DNA of 38,808 nucleotides from an uncultured Frankiaceae bacterium (GTDB taxonomy: Bacteria; Actinomycetota; Actinomycetes; JAFAQI01), in NCBI GenBank assembly GCA_964395425.1, contig CAYNDD010000004.1, positions 1 through 38,808 of the forward strand. The letters are read 5' to 3'. Positions 1 through 8,415 of this stretch are shown here, piece after piece. The stretch's first letter is position 1; each line of letters opens with the position of its first letter. Position numbers and translations under genes: made by a program. The notes beneath the pieces are model-generated. The model saw only the letters and a list, made by a program, of their open reading frames with translations, was not told the origin of the DNA and did no database searches.

Positions 1-1733
1 GTGCCGGTGTTCATCGCGACGCCGACGTCGGCTTGTGCCAGTGCCGGCGCGTCGTTCGTGCCGTCACCGGTCATCGCGACCAGCTTGCCGCCGGTCTGCT
101 CGCTGCGGATCAGGGCCATCTTGTCCTCAGGCGTGGCCTCGGCGAGGAAGTCGTCCACGCCGGCCTCGTCCGCGATCGCCCGTGCAGTCAGCGGGTTGTC
201 GCCGGTGATCATGACGGTGCGGATGCCCATGGCACGCAGCTCGTCGAAGCGCTCGCGCATGCCCTGCTTGACGATGTCCTTGAGGTGGATCACGCCCAGC
301 GCCCGCGCGCCGGACGGCCCGGTCTCGGCCACCACCAGCGGGGTGCCGCCGGCACTGGAGATTCCGTCGACGATCTCGCCCAGCTCAGCGGGCACCGAGC
401 CGCCGTGCTCGCGCACCCAGTTCTGGACCGAGGCCGAGGCACCCTTGCGGATCTCCCGGGTCCCGCCGGCTTCGGCGAGGTCGACCCCGCTCATCCGGGT
501 CTGTGCGGTGAAGCCGACGAAGGTCGCGTGGGTGAGCTCGCCCTGCTGCCGTTCGCGCAGCCCGTACCGGGTCTTGGCAAGGACGACGACCGAGCGTCCC
601 TCGGGCGTCTCGTCGGCGAGGCTGGACAACTGCGCGGCGTCGGCCAGGGCTTGCTCGGTGACATCGCCGACCGGGATCAGCTCCGCGGCTTCGCGGTTGC
701 CGATTGTGATCGTGCCGGTCTTGTCGAGCAGCAGCGTGTTGACGTCGCCGGCCGCCTCGACTGCGCGACCCGACATCGCCAGCACGTTGCGCTGGACGAG
801 CCGGTCCATGCCGGCGATGCCGATCGCCGAGAGCAGGGCCCCGATCGTGGTGGGGATCAGGCAGACCAGCAAGGAGACCAGGACGACGCCGGTCACCCCG
901 TGTGTGTTGAGCGCGAGGGAGTTCGCGACGCCCGGCTGCTGTGCCTTGGCGAAGATCGCGAACGGCTGCAGCGTGGCGACCGCGAGCAGGAAGATGATCG
1001 TCAGCGACGCGAGCAGGATGTTCAGCGCGATTTCGTTCGGCGTCTTCTGTCGCGAGGCGCCTTCGACCAGCGCGATCATCCGGTCGATGAAGCTCTCGCC
1101 CGGCTTCTGCGTGATCTCGACGACGATTCGGTCCGACAGGACCCGCGTGCCTCCGGTGACCGAGCTGCGGTCACCGCCGGACTCGCGAATGACCGGAGCC
1201 GACTCGCCGGTGATCGCCGACTCGTCGACGCTGGCGATGCCCTCGACGACGTCGCCGTCTCCGGGCACGAACTGGCCGGCCTCGACGACGACGTACTGCC
1301 CTTGCTGGAGCGCGGTCGCCGCGACCTCCTGCTCGCGCAGGCTGGCCGGGTCGGCGCCCGCTGTCCAGTTGTCGAGCAACCGGGCCATGGTCGTGGTCTT
1401 CGCCCGGCGCAGGGTCTCGGCCTGGGCCTTGCCGCGGCCCTCGGCGACCGCCTCCGCGAGGTTCGCGAAGAGCACGGTCAACCACAGCCAGATCGTGGTG
1501 ATGATGGCGAACGACGTGTGGTCGTGGATCGCCAGCCAGGTCGTCCAGACCGATCCGATCTCGACGATGAACATGACCGGGTTCTTGTAGAGCGTGGCCG
1601 GGTTCAGCTTGCGGAACGCGTCGGGTGTCGAGGTCCACAGCATCTTCGGGTCGAGCAGGCCGCCCTGGACCCGCCGCGGGCCGTCATCGTGCGGGGCGCG
1701 CGGCGCAGGGGCGTCAAACGTTGCGGCAGTCAT
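1..1733 (-). CDS. kdpB: K+-transporting P-type ATPase subunit B (KdpB); about 577 N-terminal codons, 3' end runs off the window
   Basis: Not in the supplied ORF track because it runs off the edge. My reverse-strand translation from ATG 1733 gives [67 protein letters not shown]-type ATPase motifs DKTGT (711-725) and ITGDN (195-209) are in frame. The gene starts 1 nt after the kdpA stop. Confidence 0.9.
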   Translation of the reverse strand, partial: MTAATFDAPAPRAPHDDGPRRVQGGLLDPKMLWTSTPDAFRKLNPATLYKNPVMFIVEIGSVWTTWLAIHDHTSFAIITTIWLWLTVLFANLAEAVAEGRGKAQAETLRRAKTTTMARLLDNWTAGADPASLREQEVAATALQQGQYVVVEAGQFVPGDGDVVEGIASVDESAITGESAPVIRESGGDRSSVTGGTRVLSDRIVVEITQKPGESFIDRMIALVEGASRQKTPNEIALNILLASLTIIFLLAVATLQPFAIFAKAQQPGVANSLALNTHGVTGVVLVSLLVCLIPTTIGALLSAIGIAGMDRLVQRNVLAMSGRAVEAAGDVNTLLLDKTGTITIGNREAAELIPVGDVTEQALADAAQLSSLADETPEGRSVVVLAKTRYGLRERQQGELTHATFVGFTAQTRMSGVDLAEAGGTREIRKGASASVQNWVREHGGSVPAELGEIVDGISSAGGTPLVVAETGPSGARALGVIHLKDIVKQGMRERFDELRAMGIRTVMITGDNPLTARAIADEAGVDDFLAEATPEDKMALIRSEQTGGKLVAMTGDGTNDAPALAQADVGVAMNTG

Positions 1734-1734
1734 G

Positions 1735-3396
1735 TCAGTGCAGGCCTTCCGCGAGCGGCCCGAGTGCAAGGGCCGGCAGGTAGGTGAGGGCGACGACGAT
1801 CAGTGCGACACCGGTCACCATGGCGATGAACAGCGTGCGGTGAGTCGGCAAGGTGCCCTCCGAGATGGGGACCTCTTGCTGTTTGGCGAGTGAGCCACCC
1901 AGACCGAGGATGAAGATCATCGGGATGAACCGCGCGCCGAGCATGACCAGCCCGAGCGCGGTGTTGTACCAGGCGGTGTTGACGCTGATTCCCGCGAAGG
2001 CGGACCCGTTGTTGTTCGCCGCCGAAGTGAAGGCGTAGAGCACCTCGGAGAATCCGTGCGCGCCGTAGTTGAGCATCCCGGCGCGTTCACCGGGTAAGGC
2101 CATGGCGATCCCAGCTCCCACGAGCACGAACGTCGGTGTCGTCAGGAAGTACAGCGAGGCGAACTTCATCTCGCGAGCGCCGATCTTCTTCTTGATGTAC
2201 TCCGGTGTTCGCCCGACCATCAGCCCGCCGACGAAGACGGTGATGATCGCGAGGACGAGGATGCCGTAGAGCCCTGAACCGGTGCCGCCAGGTGCAATCT
2301 CGCCGAGCTGCATGTCGAGCAGGGTGATCGCGCCACCGAGGCTGGTGTAGGAGTCGTGGAACGAGTCCACCGCACCGGTCGAGGTCAGGGTCGTCGAGGA
2401 CGCAAAGGTCGCGGAGTCGGGGATGCCGAACCGGACCTCGGTGCCTTCCGCAGAGGCGCCGACCGAGGTCGGCACCGTTCCATGGTGGATGTTCTGGAAG
2501 ACGTTCATCCCGACCACGCTTGTGATCCAGAGCACCGCCATCACGGCGACGATCGCGTAGCCCTGCCGGTTGTCCTTCACCATCCGGCCGAAGGTGCGGG
2601 GCAGCGAGAACCCGATGACCAGCAAGGCGTAGATCTGCAGCCAGTTCGTCCAGGAGGTCGGGTTCTCGAACGGGTGTGCCGAGTTCGCGTTGTAGAAGCC
2701 GCCGCCGTTCGTGCCGAGCTGCTTGATCGCCTCCTGGCTCGCGACCGGGCCGCCGGTGAGTGTCTGCTTGCCACCGGTGAGCGTCGAGTAGGTGTGCAAT
2801 GCGTGGAAGTTCTCGATCGCGCCGCCGGCCACGAGCACGATCGCCAACACGAAAGCCATCGGCAGCAGGATCCGCACGCAGGTGCGGACCAGGTCGACCC
2901 AGAAGTTGCCGAGCTGGTCGGTCTTCTGCCGCGCGATGCCACGGACCAGGGCGATCGCGACCACGATGCCGACCGCGGCCGAGGCGAAGTTCTGCACCGC
3001 GAGGCCGGCCATCTGCGCGGCGTATCCGAGCGAGGACTCGCCGGAGTAGGACTGCCAGTTGGTGTTGGTCGTGAAGCTGGCCGCGGTGTTGAAGGACTGG
3101 CTCGCGTGCATGCCGCCGTAGCCGAGGTTGAACGGCAGGTGGTGCTGCGCGCGCAGGATGAAGTAGACGCCCAGGACCGAGAGCGCCGAGAAGGCGAGCA
3201 CGCTACGCAGGTAGGTGCCCCACTTCTGGTCGACGTCCGGGTTCACCCCGGTCGCGCGGTAGATCCACCGCTCGACCCGCCAGTGATGGTCGCTCTCGTA
3301 GACCCGCGCCATGTAGTTGCCCAGCGGCCGGTACGACGCGGCCAGCGCGAGGACCAGGGAGACGATGAAGACGATCCCCGCCGTCGTCGAGCTCAT
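1735..3396 (-). CDS. kdpA: K+-transporting ATPase subunit A (KdpA)
   Basis: 553-aa ORF. It is a polytopic membrane protein whose N-terminus ([33 protein letters not shown]) and length are typical of KdpA. It sits between kdpF and kdpB in the canonical order. Confidence 0.95.
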   Translation of the reverse strand: MSSTTAGIVFIVSLVLALAASYRPLGNYMARVYESDHHWRVERWIYRATGVNPDVDQKWGTYLRSVLAFSALSVLGVYFILRAQHHLPFNLGYGGMHASQSFNTAASFTTNTNWQSYSGESSLGYAAQMAGLAVQNFASAAVGIVVAIALVRGIARQKTDQLGNFWVDLVRTCVRILLPMAFVLAIVLVAGGAIENFHALHTYSTLTGGKQTLTGGPVASQEAIKQLGTNGGGFYNANSAHPFENPTSWTNWLQIYALLVIGFSLPRTFGRMVKDNRQGYAIVAVMAVLWITSVVGMNVFQNIHHGTVPTSVGASAEGTEVRFGIPDSATFASSTTLTSTGAVDSFHDSYTSLGGAITLLDMQLGEIAPGGTGSGLYGILVLAIITVFVGGLMVGRTPEYIKKKIGAREMKFASLYFLTTPTFVLVGAGIAMALPGERAGMLNYGAHGFSEVLYAFTSAANNNGSAFAGISVNTAWYNTALGLVMLGARFIPMIFILGLGGSLAKQQEVPISEGTLPTHRTLFIAMVTGVALIVVALTYLPALALGPLAEGLH

Positions 3397-3485
3397 CAGA
3401 ACCTCTCAGGGAAAAGCAGGGCGACGACCAGGAAGATGCCGGTCGCGATCGCGAGGATCAGCCCGACCAGGTTGTCGGCGGTCAT
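3396..3485 (-). CDS. kdpF: K+-transporting ATPase subunit F (KdpF), 29 aa
   Basis: Below the ORF-track length cut-off. My translation is [29 protein letters not shown]. It has a single TM helix, and its TGA overlaps the kdpA ATG (ATGA at 3394-3398). Confidence 0.85.
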   Translation of the reverse strand: MTADNLVGLILAIATGIFLVVALLFPERF

Positions 3486-3565
3486 AGCCGTTCGGCCCCC
3501 TTTGCGATCAACGCGAAGAGCGCGAACACGGCCACGGTCAGGAGAATGAAGGCGAGATCAGCCAT
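3482..3565 (-). CDS. 27-aa hydrophobic micro-protein translationally coupled to kdpF
   Basis: My translation is [27 protein letters not shown]. It has one predicted TM helix and GC-rich third positions. Its TGA overlaps the kdpF ATG (ATGA at 3482-3485). No clear Shine-Dalgarno; a possible -10 lies 6 nt upstream, so the transcript may be leaderless. Confidence 0.5.
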   Translation of the reverse strand: MADLAFILLTVAVFALFALIAKGAERL

Positions 3566-3571
3566 GCCCGC

Positions 3572-3656
3572 AGTCTTGATCCGCGGGTCAGGCGGCTCAA
3601 GGGTCCTGACGAGTTTCTGACGCGAAACCCTGTTATCTCAACGAGATCCTGACGCG
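3572..3656 (-). promoter_or_regulatory. Candidate kdp promoter with phased direct repeats (possible response-regulator boxes)
   Basis: Read on the minus strand: CGCGTCAGGA (3647-3656), CGCGTCAGAA (3615-3624) and CTCGTCAGGA (3604-3613). These are followed by TTGAGC (3595-3600), a 17-nt spacer, AAGACT (3572-3577), then 6 nt to ATG 3565. Repeat starts are 11 and 32 bp apart. An inverted partial copy lies at 3582-3592. Confidence 0.35.
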
Positions 3657-3687
3657 GCAGGCTGGATCAGCCGGCGGCGGATGAAAC

Positions 3688-5238
3688 TCAGGCGACCTTG
3701 AATTGCGCGATCGACGCGCGCAACTCCGCGGCGAGGGTGTTCAGCTGCGAGGCGGCGGCGGCTGACTGCTTGCTGCCGACCGCGTACTGCCGCGACACGT
3801 CGGACACCTGGGTCATCGCGGCGACGACCTGGTCGGACGCCGAGCGCTGCTGCTGGGTGGCAACCGAGATCTCCTTGGCCGCGGTGGTGGTCTCGTCGAC
3901 CATTCCGGAGATCCGCTCGAGCGCGTCGACCACGCCGCGAGCCAGGTTGGAGCCGTGCCGGACGTCCTTCGCACCTTCTTCGGTGGCGACGATGGTCGCG
4001 GTCGTCTCGGACTGGATCTCGGCGACGATCGCCTGGATCTGCCCGGTCGACTGCTGGGCCCGCTCGGCGAGCTTGCGCACCTCGGCGGCGACGACCGCGA
4101 AGCCGCGCCCGCCTTCGCCGGCGCGCGCCGCCTCGATCGCGGCATTCAGGGCGAGCAGGTTGGTCTGGTCGGCGAGGTCGTTGATGACGTCGAGGATCCG
4201 GCCGATCTCATGGCCCTTCTCGCCGAGCGAGATCGCCCGGCCGCCGATCTGGTCGACGCGGGCGGCGATCGTGTCCATCGCCTCGACGCTGGCCGACACC
4301 GCCTTGCGGCCGTCCTCGGCATGGCGGAGGGTTTCGGCGGCGTACCTCGCCACCGCTTCCGAGGTCTCCGCGATCTGCGCTGCGGTGGCCGCCAGCTCCT
4401 CGATCGTCGAGGTGGTTTCGGAGACCGCGGATGACTGCTGGGTGGCCGAGACCGCGTGCTCCTCGGCGGTCGCGAGCAGCTCGACCGCGGCGGCCACGAT
4501 CTGGTCTCCGCCGCCGCGCACCTGAGCGACCAGGTTGCGCAGGTTGCCGAGGGTTTCGTCGAAGGCGCCGGTCAAGTGGCCGAGCAGCTGCTCGGTGTGG
4601 ATGTCGGAGTCGACCCGGACCGACAGGTCACCCTGTGCGGCCTTGGCCAGCGCGCGCGACAGGTCGTCGACGGTGTGCTTGAGCTGGACCGCTTCGGTTT
4701 CGGTCGTGACCCGCTGCTCTTCGAGCGAGCTGGAGACCGCACTCCCGATCAGCGCCATCAACGGCGAGCAGATGCCGACCAGCAGCAACGGGCCGGCGCT
4801 TTGGCGGCTCAGGTCGTGCGCGAGCCAGGTGGCGAGCACCAGTCCGCCGACCATGAACATCGCCTGGCTGACCGCGATGGTCCGGTTCGGCGCGATCACC
4901 GAGGCGCCGGCCGTGGTCAGGAGCATCAGCACCCAGAACGGCCCGGCCACTCCGCCGGTCAGCGCCACGACCGCCACGAGCGCGACGAAGTCGACCATGC
5001 CCATGGTCAGCAGGTAGGGGATCTCGGCCCAGTCGGCGTTCGCCTTCATCCAGGGCACGCCGCCCTGCATCACGACCGACAGCACGCCCACGCCGAGCCA
5101 GATGTAGAGCACGTCCCGGTGGGTGTGGGTCGGTCCGTGACCCACGCTCGCCATGATGCTGATTGCGATCGCTGCAGCGATCCACTTGCCCAGGCTGGCG
5201 ATGCTCGCCTCGCGCGAGAGCCGGTTCCACGCGGTCAC
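3688..5238 (-). CDS. Methyl-accepting chemotaxis protein with a multi-pass membrane N-terminal region
   Basis: 516 aa with a GTG start at 5238, preceded by GGGGAAGG. The C-terminal signalling domain carries the conserved hairpin tip [33 protein letters not shown]. The first ~170 aa are almost entirely hydrophobic helices, followed by a HAMP-like linker. Confidence 0.9.
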   Translation of the reverse strand: MTAWNRLSREASIASLGKWIAAAIAISIMASVGHGPTHTHRDVLYIWLGVGVLSVVMQGGVPWMKANADWAEIPYLLTMGMVDFVALVAVVALTGGVAGPFWVLMLLTTAGASVIAPNRTIAVSQAMFMVGGLVLATWLAHDLSRQSAGPLLLVGICSPLMALIGSAVSSSLEEQRVTTETEAVQLKHTVDDLSRALAKAAQGDLSVRVDSDIHTEQLLGHLTGAFDETLGNLRNLVAQVRGGGDQIVAAAVELLATAEEHAVSATQQSSAVSETTSTIEELAATAAQIAETSEAVARYAAETLRHAEDGRKAVSASVEAMDTIAARVDQIGGRAISLGEKGHEIGRILDVINDLADQTNLLALNAAIEAARAGEGGRGFAVVAAEVRKLAERAQQSTGQIQAIVAEIQSETTATIVATEEGAKDVRHGSNLARGVVDALERISGMVDETTTAAKEISVATQQQRSASDQVVAAMTQVSDVSRQYAVGSKQSAAAASQLNTLAAELRASIAQFKVA

Positions 5239-5338
5239 GATTGCCTTCCCCGAGAAGTTGTTGCTTCCTCCATCGGGTGATTCGGCATTCGGGTGAAGCC
5301 GAGCGCAGGAAATCCGCCGAATAGTCGGTAATAGTCCG

Positions 5339-6568
5339 TTACGCCGGGGTGGCGGTGGACCCGGAACGGCGGCCGGTCAACATCGGCGCCGCCACGGCCG
5401 CCGCGACCATCCACGCCGCGGCGTAGGCGAACCCGACCGGTGCCGACACGGTGGCCCACAGCAGCCCGACCACCGCTGAGGAGGTGAGCGCGCCGATCCC
5501 CTGGACGACGCCGAGCAGCCCGAACCCGTTGCTGCGCAGGTGATCCGGCAGCAAGGTTGCCACCGCGGCCGACTCGGCGGGCTCGCCGAAGCCGATCCCG
5601 GCCCCGCCGAGAACGAAGCCGGCCAGGAGCACGACCGGCTGATGCGGCCCGAGCGCGAACAGCCCGTATCCCGCGACATACGCCGTGGCCGCAAGGACCA
5701 TGGCCGAGCGCGGACTGGCGCGATCGATCAGGTGGCCGGCCGTCAGCGCGGTCCCGGTTGCAGACAGGTTGTGTGCGGCGTAGAGCAGGACGGCGAGGCT
5801 GGTCGCGGCGGCGAGGCTGCGGCCGTCGCGGTGCATGAGCTCGGTGGCGCGCAGGATCAGCAGGGTCGGCGCGAGGTTGCCGAGCTCGAACAGCGTCGGA
5901 GCGGCCAGCACCCGGGTCAGCCCGGCGCGGTGGAGCTCGCCGAGGTGGTAGGAGAGCTGTTTGCGGCCCTTGGCGGTGTTGACCCGGTCGCGGGCCTCGC
6001 GGGCCGCCACCGTGATCGCCACGGCGGCCGCAAACCCGGGGATCGCGGCGACCAGCAGAGTGGGTCGGAGCCCGATCGTTGCGACCAGTAGCGCGGCCAG
6101 CAGTGGCCCACCGACCGCGCCGAGGTTGTCGCCGGCCCGCTCGAGCCCGCTGGCGCGCCCGATCGCGTTCGCCGGCACGAGGGAATAGAGCATCGAGTCG
6201 CGCGCCGGTGAACGAAGTCCGCGGCTGAACCACGCGGTCGCCCGCAGCACCGCGACCTGCCAGACCGCCACGGCCAGCCCGACCGCGCCGGTGGCCAGGG
6301 CGGTTCCGACGTACCCGCCGGTGACCAGCTTGCGCCGCCGGGCCGGGTCGGTCGCGAGCGGGCCGCCGACCAGCTTGGCGACTCCGACCAGCGCGTCCGC
6401 GACGCCTTCGATGGCGCCGAGCGCGCCCGGGCCGGCGTGCAGGGTCGAGGTGACGAAGCTCGGCAGCACGCTGGTCGTCATCTCGTGACCGAGATCGGAG
6501 AACATGCTGGCGGCGCTGATGCTGGCAACGCCCCGCGTGAGCCAGCGATCCGCCTCGCTCTCGCTCAC
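5339..6568 (-). CDS. MFS transporter
   Basis: The ORF is open to 6730, but its first 54 codons are Ser/Arg/Pro-rich and overlap the divergent small gene. I call GTG 6568 ([32 protein letters not shown]). The protein has about 12 hydrophobic segments, and a basic inter-helix loop ([13 protein letters not shown]) is consistent with the MFS loop 2-3 motif. Confidence 0.8.
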   Translation of the reverse strand: MSESEADRWLTRGVASISAASMFSDLGHEMTTSVLPSFVTSTLHAGPGALGAIEGVADALVGVAKLVGGPLATDPARRRKLVTGGYVGTALATGAVGLAVAVWQVAVLRATAWFSRGLRSPARDSMLYSLVPANAIGRASGLERAGDNLGAVGGPLLAALLVATIGLRPTLLVAAIPGFAAAVAITVAAREARDRVNTAKGRKQLSYHLGELHRAGLTRVLAAPTLFELGNLAPTLLILRATELMHRDGRSLAAATSLAVLLYAAHNLSATGTALTAGHLIDRASPRSAMVLAATAYVAGYGLFALGPHQPVVLLAGFVLGGAGIGFGEPAESAAVATLLPDHLRSNGFGLLGVVQGIGALTSSAVVGLLWATVSAPVGFAYAAAWMVAAAVAAPMLTGRRSGSTATPA

Positions 6569-6596
6569 CGAGACGACCCTAGGGCACACTGGAGAC

Positions 6597-6818
6597 ATGC
6601 GCGACGACTCGAACGACCTGGCGGACATCATCTCCCTCGACGCCCGTCGTGACGAAGGTCGCCGCGACCGCGACGGGGTGGAGTCGTTGCGAGACACCGA
6701 GGCGGAGTCCGGTGACGAGGACGAGGTCAACGACCGCTACGAGCTGGACCGGCTCGAGGCTCAGGAGCTCGGCGTCCTGCTCGACCGCACCGACGGCGAG
6801 ACACCCCGACTCGACTGA
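6597..6818 (+). CDS. Small, highly acidic hypothetical protein (73 aa)
   Basis: ATG 6597 is preceded by GGAGA (6591-6595). Third codon positions are GC-rich throughout. Translation: MRDDSNDLADIISLDARRDEGRRDRDGVESLRDTEAESGDEDEVNDRYELDRLEAQELGVLLDRTDGETPRLD. I recognise no family. Confidence 0.5.
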   Translation: MRDDSNDLADIISLDARRDEGRRDRDGVESLRDTEAESGDEDEVNDRYELDRLEAQELGVLLDRTDGETPRLD

Positions 6819-6842
6819 CCTGTCGGCCGCCGGCCGGTCCAA

Positions 6843-6919
6843 GCAATGTCACATTGCCCCGCACTTCGTGGGGGCAATGTGACATCACCCCCAGGATCAG
6901 CCAGGCAATGTGACATTGC
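6843..6919. repeat. Three copies of a 15-bp palindromic box, GCAATGT(C/G)ACATTGC, at an exact 31-bp period
   Basis: Copies are at 6843-6857 (GCAATGTCACATTGC), 6874-6885 (GCAATGTGACAT, right arm degenerate) and 6905-6919 (GCAATGTGACATTGC). Segments 6846-6860 and 6871-6885 can pair as a 15-bp stem. The array lies between two convergent stop codons (6818 and 6923). Confidence 0.8.
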
Positions 6920-6922
6920 TGG

Positions 6923-8374
6923 CTAGGCCGACGGCGCTCGCTCGAGGTAGCGCAAGGCGCTGCGGGCGGCGTGATACCCGGACATTCCGTGGACGCCGGC
7001 GCCGGGTGGGGTCGACGCGGAGCAGAGGTAGACCCCCGGGATCCCGGTGAAGTACGGGTCGGGTGCGAGCCGGGGTCGTACGACCAGCTGCCGCCCCCCG
7101 CTTGCCCCGCCCGCGATGTCGCCGCCGACGTAGTTCGGGTTGTCGTGCTCGAGCCCGGCCGGCGATGTGGTGTGCCGCCCGACGATCCGGTCGCGCAGGC
7201 CGGGCGCGAACCGCTCGATCTGATCGAGGATCGCGTCGGTGGCGTCGTGTGGATAGCCGTTGGGAACGTGGGCGTAGGCCCAGATCGGGTGGATGTCGCC
7301 GGCCGATCGGGACGGGTCGGCGAGGTATTGCTGGGCGACCAGGACGAACGGGCGGGCCGGCATCTCGCCGCGGGCCACCGCGGCTTCGGCGGCGACGATT
7401 TCCGCCAGCGATCCGCCGACGTGCACGACGCCCGCCTCGCGACACGGCGGCGCGAGCCACGGGACGCCGCCCTCGACTGCGAGATCGACCTTGAACGCTC
7501 CAGGGCCGTGCCGCCAGCGCCGATAGGCCCGCCGGACCCGGGGCGGGAGCGCCTCGCCGGCGATGTCCCGGAACGCGCCGGGGGTGGTATCGAACAGCCG
7601 CACCGCGGCGTCCGGGAGGTCGGCGAACGAGGTGATGCGTACGCCGGTCTCGATGGTGCCGCCGAGCGAGCCGAGATAGCCCGCGAGCGCGGTGCTGATT
7701 GCCTGCGACCCACCGGCGGCGACCGGCCAGCCGGAGTGATGGCACGCGGCGACCAGCACGACGCCGGCCGACGCCGATGCCGGCGCGCTCAACGGGGCCA
7801 CCAGGTGCGCGGCCGAGCCGGCGAACAGGGCCCGGGCCTGCTCGGTCCGGAACCGGCGGGCCAGGGTGGTGGCCGGCAACAACCCCCGTCGGCCGAAGCG
7901 GGCCAGGTCGACCACATGCCGCGGCCGGTGGGCGAGTGGCTGCATGAGCTCCTCGGCCAGGGCCTCGAACCGGGTCGCGAGCGGGCCGAAGGTGCGCCGC
8001 CAGGCCGGGCCGTCGCCGTCGAGCTCCGCCACCGTGTCGTCGATCGACCGGACCATCGACACCGCTGCTCCGCCGTCGAGCGGATGGGCCAGATCGACCG
8101 CAGGCCAGCGCCATTCGAGGCCGTGCTCGGCCAGCGGGAGCGAGCCGAAGAACGGTGAGGAGGCGGCGAGTGGATGAACCGCGGAGCAGATGTCGTGCCG
8201 TACCCCTGGCACGGTGAGCTCGGCGGTGCGGGTGCCGCCACCGATCTGCTCGGCGGCCTCGACTACGGTGACCGACAGTCCGGCGCGGGCCAGTGTCACT
8301 GCGGCTGCGAGGCCGTTCGGGCCGGCGCCGACCACGACCGCGTCGATGGATGCCTCCCTTCGGGCGGTGCTCAC
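6923..8374 (-). CDS. NAD(P)/FAD-dependent oxidoreductase, phytoene-desaturase-like (COG1233-type)
   Basis: 483 aa. The N-terminal dinucleotide fold is DAVVVGAGPNGLAAAVTLARAGLSVTVVEAAEQIGGG. Overall length and layout resemble the CrtI-like family. Confidence 0.8.
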   Translation of the reverse strand: MSTARREASIDAVVVGAGPNGLAAAVTLARAGLSVTVVEAAEQIGGGTRTAELTVPGVRHDICSAVHPLAASSPFFGSLPLAEHGLEWRWPAVDLAHPLDGGAAVSMVRSIDDTVAELDGDGPAWRRTFGPLATRFEALAEELMQPLAHRPRHVVDLARFGRRGLLPATTLARRFRTEQARALFAGSAAHLVAPLSAPASASAGVVLVAACHHSGWPVAAGGSQAISTALAGYLGSLGGTIETGVRITSFADLPDAAVRLFDTTPGAFRDIAGEALPPRVRRAYRRWRHGPGAFKVDLAVEGGVPWLAPPCREAGVVHVGGSLAEIVAAEAAVARGEMPARPFVLVAQQYLADPSRSAGDIHPIWAYAHVPNGYPHDATDAILDQIERFAPGLRDRIVGRHTTSPAGLEHDNPNYVGGDIAGGASGGRQLVVRPRLAPDPYFTGIPGVYLCSASTPPGAGVHGMSGYHAARSALRYLERAPSA

Positions 8375-8415
8375 CTTACTTAGGATGTGGCCCTGTGACC
8401 GCGATCGAGGAACGC

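Noticed and set aside
1-1787. Long plus-strand ORFs 1-1590 (529 aa) and 33-1787 (584 aa).
   Set aside because: These are antisense or off-frame shadows of kdpB, as expected in very GC-rich DNA. Their translations are low-complexity (Ala/Arg/Pro/Ser/Gly-rich) with no recognisable motifs, whereas the minus strand carries in-frame DKTGT and TGDN motifs.
3566-3687. Cyclic-di-AMP (ydaO/kimA-type) or other riboswitch upstream of kdp.
   Set aside because: The likely promoter leaves essentially no leader RNA. I could not recognise the long pseudo-two-fold-symmetric conserved helices of that riboswitch in about 120 nt. The direct repeats fit a DNA-binding activator better.
5239-5338. Sigma-28/WhiG-type (TAAA-N15-GCCGATAA) promoter for the chemoreceptor gene.
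   Set aside because: GCCGAATC at about 5283 (minus strand) resembles the -10 element. There is no TAAA at the required distance, so the match is too weak to call.
6843-6919. Evenly spaced repeats considered as a mini CRISPR array.
   Set aside because: There are only three copies. The boxes are 15-bp self-complementary sequences, one of them degenerate. The 16-bp spacers are too short, and there are no cas genes or leader sequence.
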